Assembly (NCBI GenBank): GCA_965153285.1
Contig: OZ229116.1
Strand: one strand, 5' to 3'
Length of the DNA stretch: 64,000 nt
DNA from: Podarcis tiliguerta
Taxonomy: Eukaryota
Shown here: positions 63,592-64,000 of the stretch, one piece after another
How positions within the stretch are numbered: position 1 is the stretch's first letter
Layout of the letters: each line of letters begins with the position of its first letter
The notes under the pieces: model-generated
Told to the model about the DNA's origin: nothing
The model's database searches: none
The model's input: the letters and a program-made list of their open reading frames with translations, nothing else
Position numbers and translations under genes: made by a program

Positions 63592-63975
63592 CAGAAGTGG
63601 GGAATCTCAGGCCTTGAGGCTGATTCAGCCTCCCAGATCTCTCTATCTGGCCCTTGCAGTGGTGTGCAGTGAATTTTTTTGGAGGGGAACAGTTAGGGCC
63701 AGAGATGCCAACTTGTGAGGGTGATTAGCAGCAGAGGAGGGTGTCCTGGCATCACAGTGTGAGCATCGTGTCTCCCCGCCTAAGCCAAGCAGAAGCTTCC
63801 CAGACTTTGGGAAGGAGGTGGCAGGCCTCTTAAAGGATGCTGCAGCTTTCTCCTTCCCAAAGCTGGACAGGTTTTGGGAAGGTGGAGGGAGGGCTCTTGG
63901 AGCTCGTTGGAGCATCGCACCTCCCTCCTTAGCTGGGCAGAAGCTTCCTGGACTTTGGGACGGAGGCTTCAGGCT
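63592..63975. mobile_element. Probable hAT-type element with internal ~50-bp direct repeats
   Basis: Starts CAGAAGTGGGGAATCTCAGGCC. GCAGAAGCTTCC..GACTTTGGGA.GGAGG occurs near 63789 and near 63937. Confidence 0.45.
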
Positions 63976-64000
63976 TTAATACTGTAATACTCTAATTTAC

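Overview
This is eukaryotic vertebrate genomic DNA, most likely from a squamate (lacertid-like) lizard, judged from Sauria SINEs and other squamate repeats. It holds two divergently transcribed mitochondria-associated genes. MTFR1 is on the minus strand: a probable non-coding exon 1 in a CpG island near 15.7 kb and coding exons at 10373-10308, 9036-8938, 1385-1267 and 391-153, continuing off the left edge. ARMC1 is on the plus strand: a CpG-island promoter near 18 kb, six coding exons from 21186 to 33375 giving 279 aa, and a 3' UTR to about 35.5 kb. The remaining ~28 kb has no recognisable protein-coding gene. It contains SINEs, LINE fragments, Tc1/mariner- and hAT-type MITEs, a solo LTR, microsatellites and a 212-N gap. 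Almost all ORFs in the supplied track are spurious. I found no new protein-coding system. The observations most worth checking are: (i) uORFs in both genes whose TGA overlaps the main ATG (ATGA), (ii) a MITE carrying a tandem array of 99-bp palindromic CpG-rich units in MTFR1 intron 3, (iii) a 122-bp inverted duplication of unrecognised sequence near 60.5-61.0 kb, and (iv) divergently oriented CTCF-like motifs around ARMC1.
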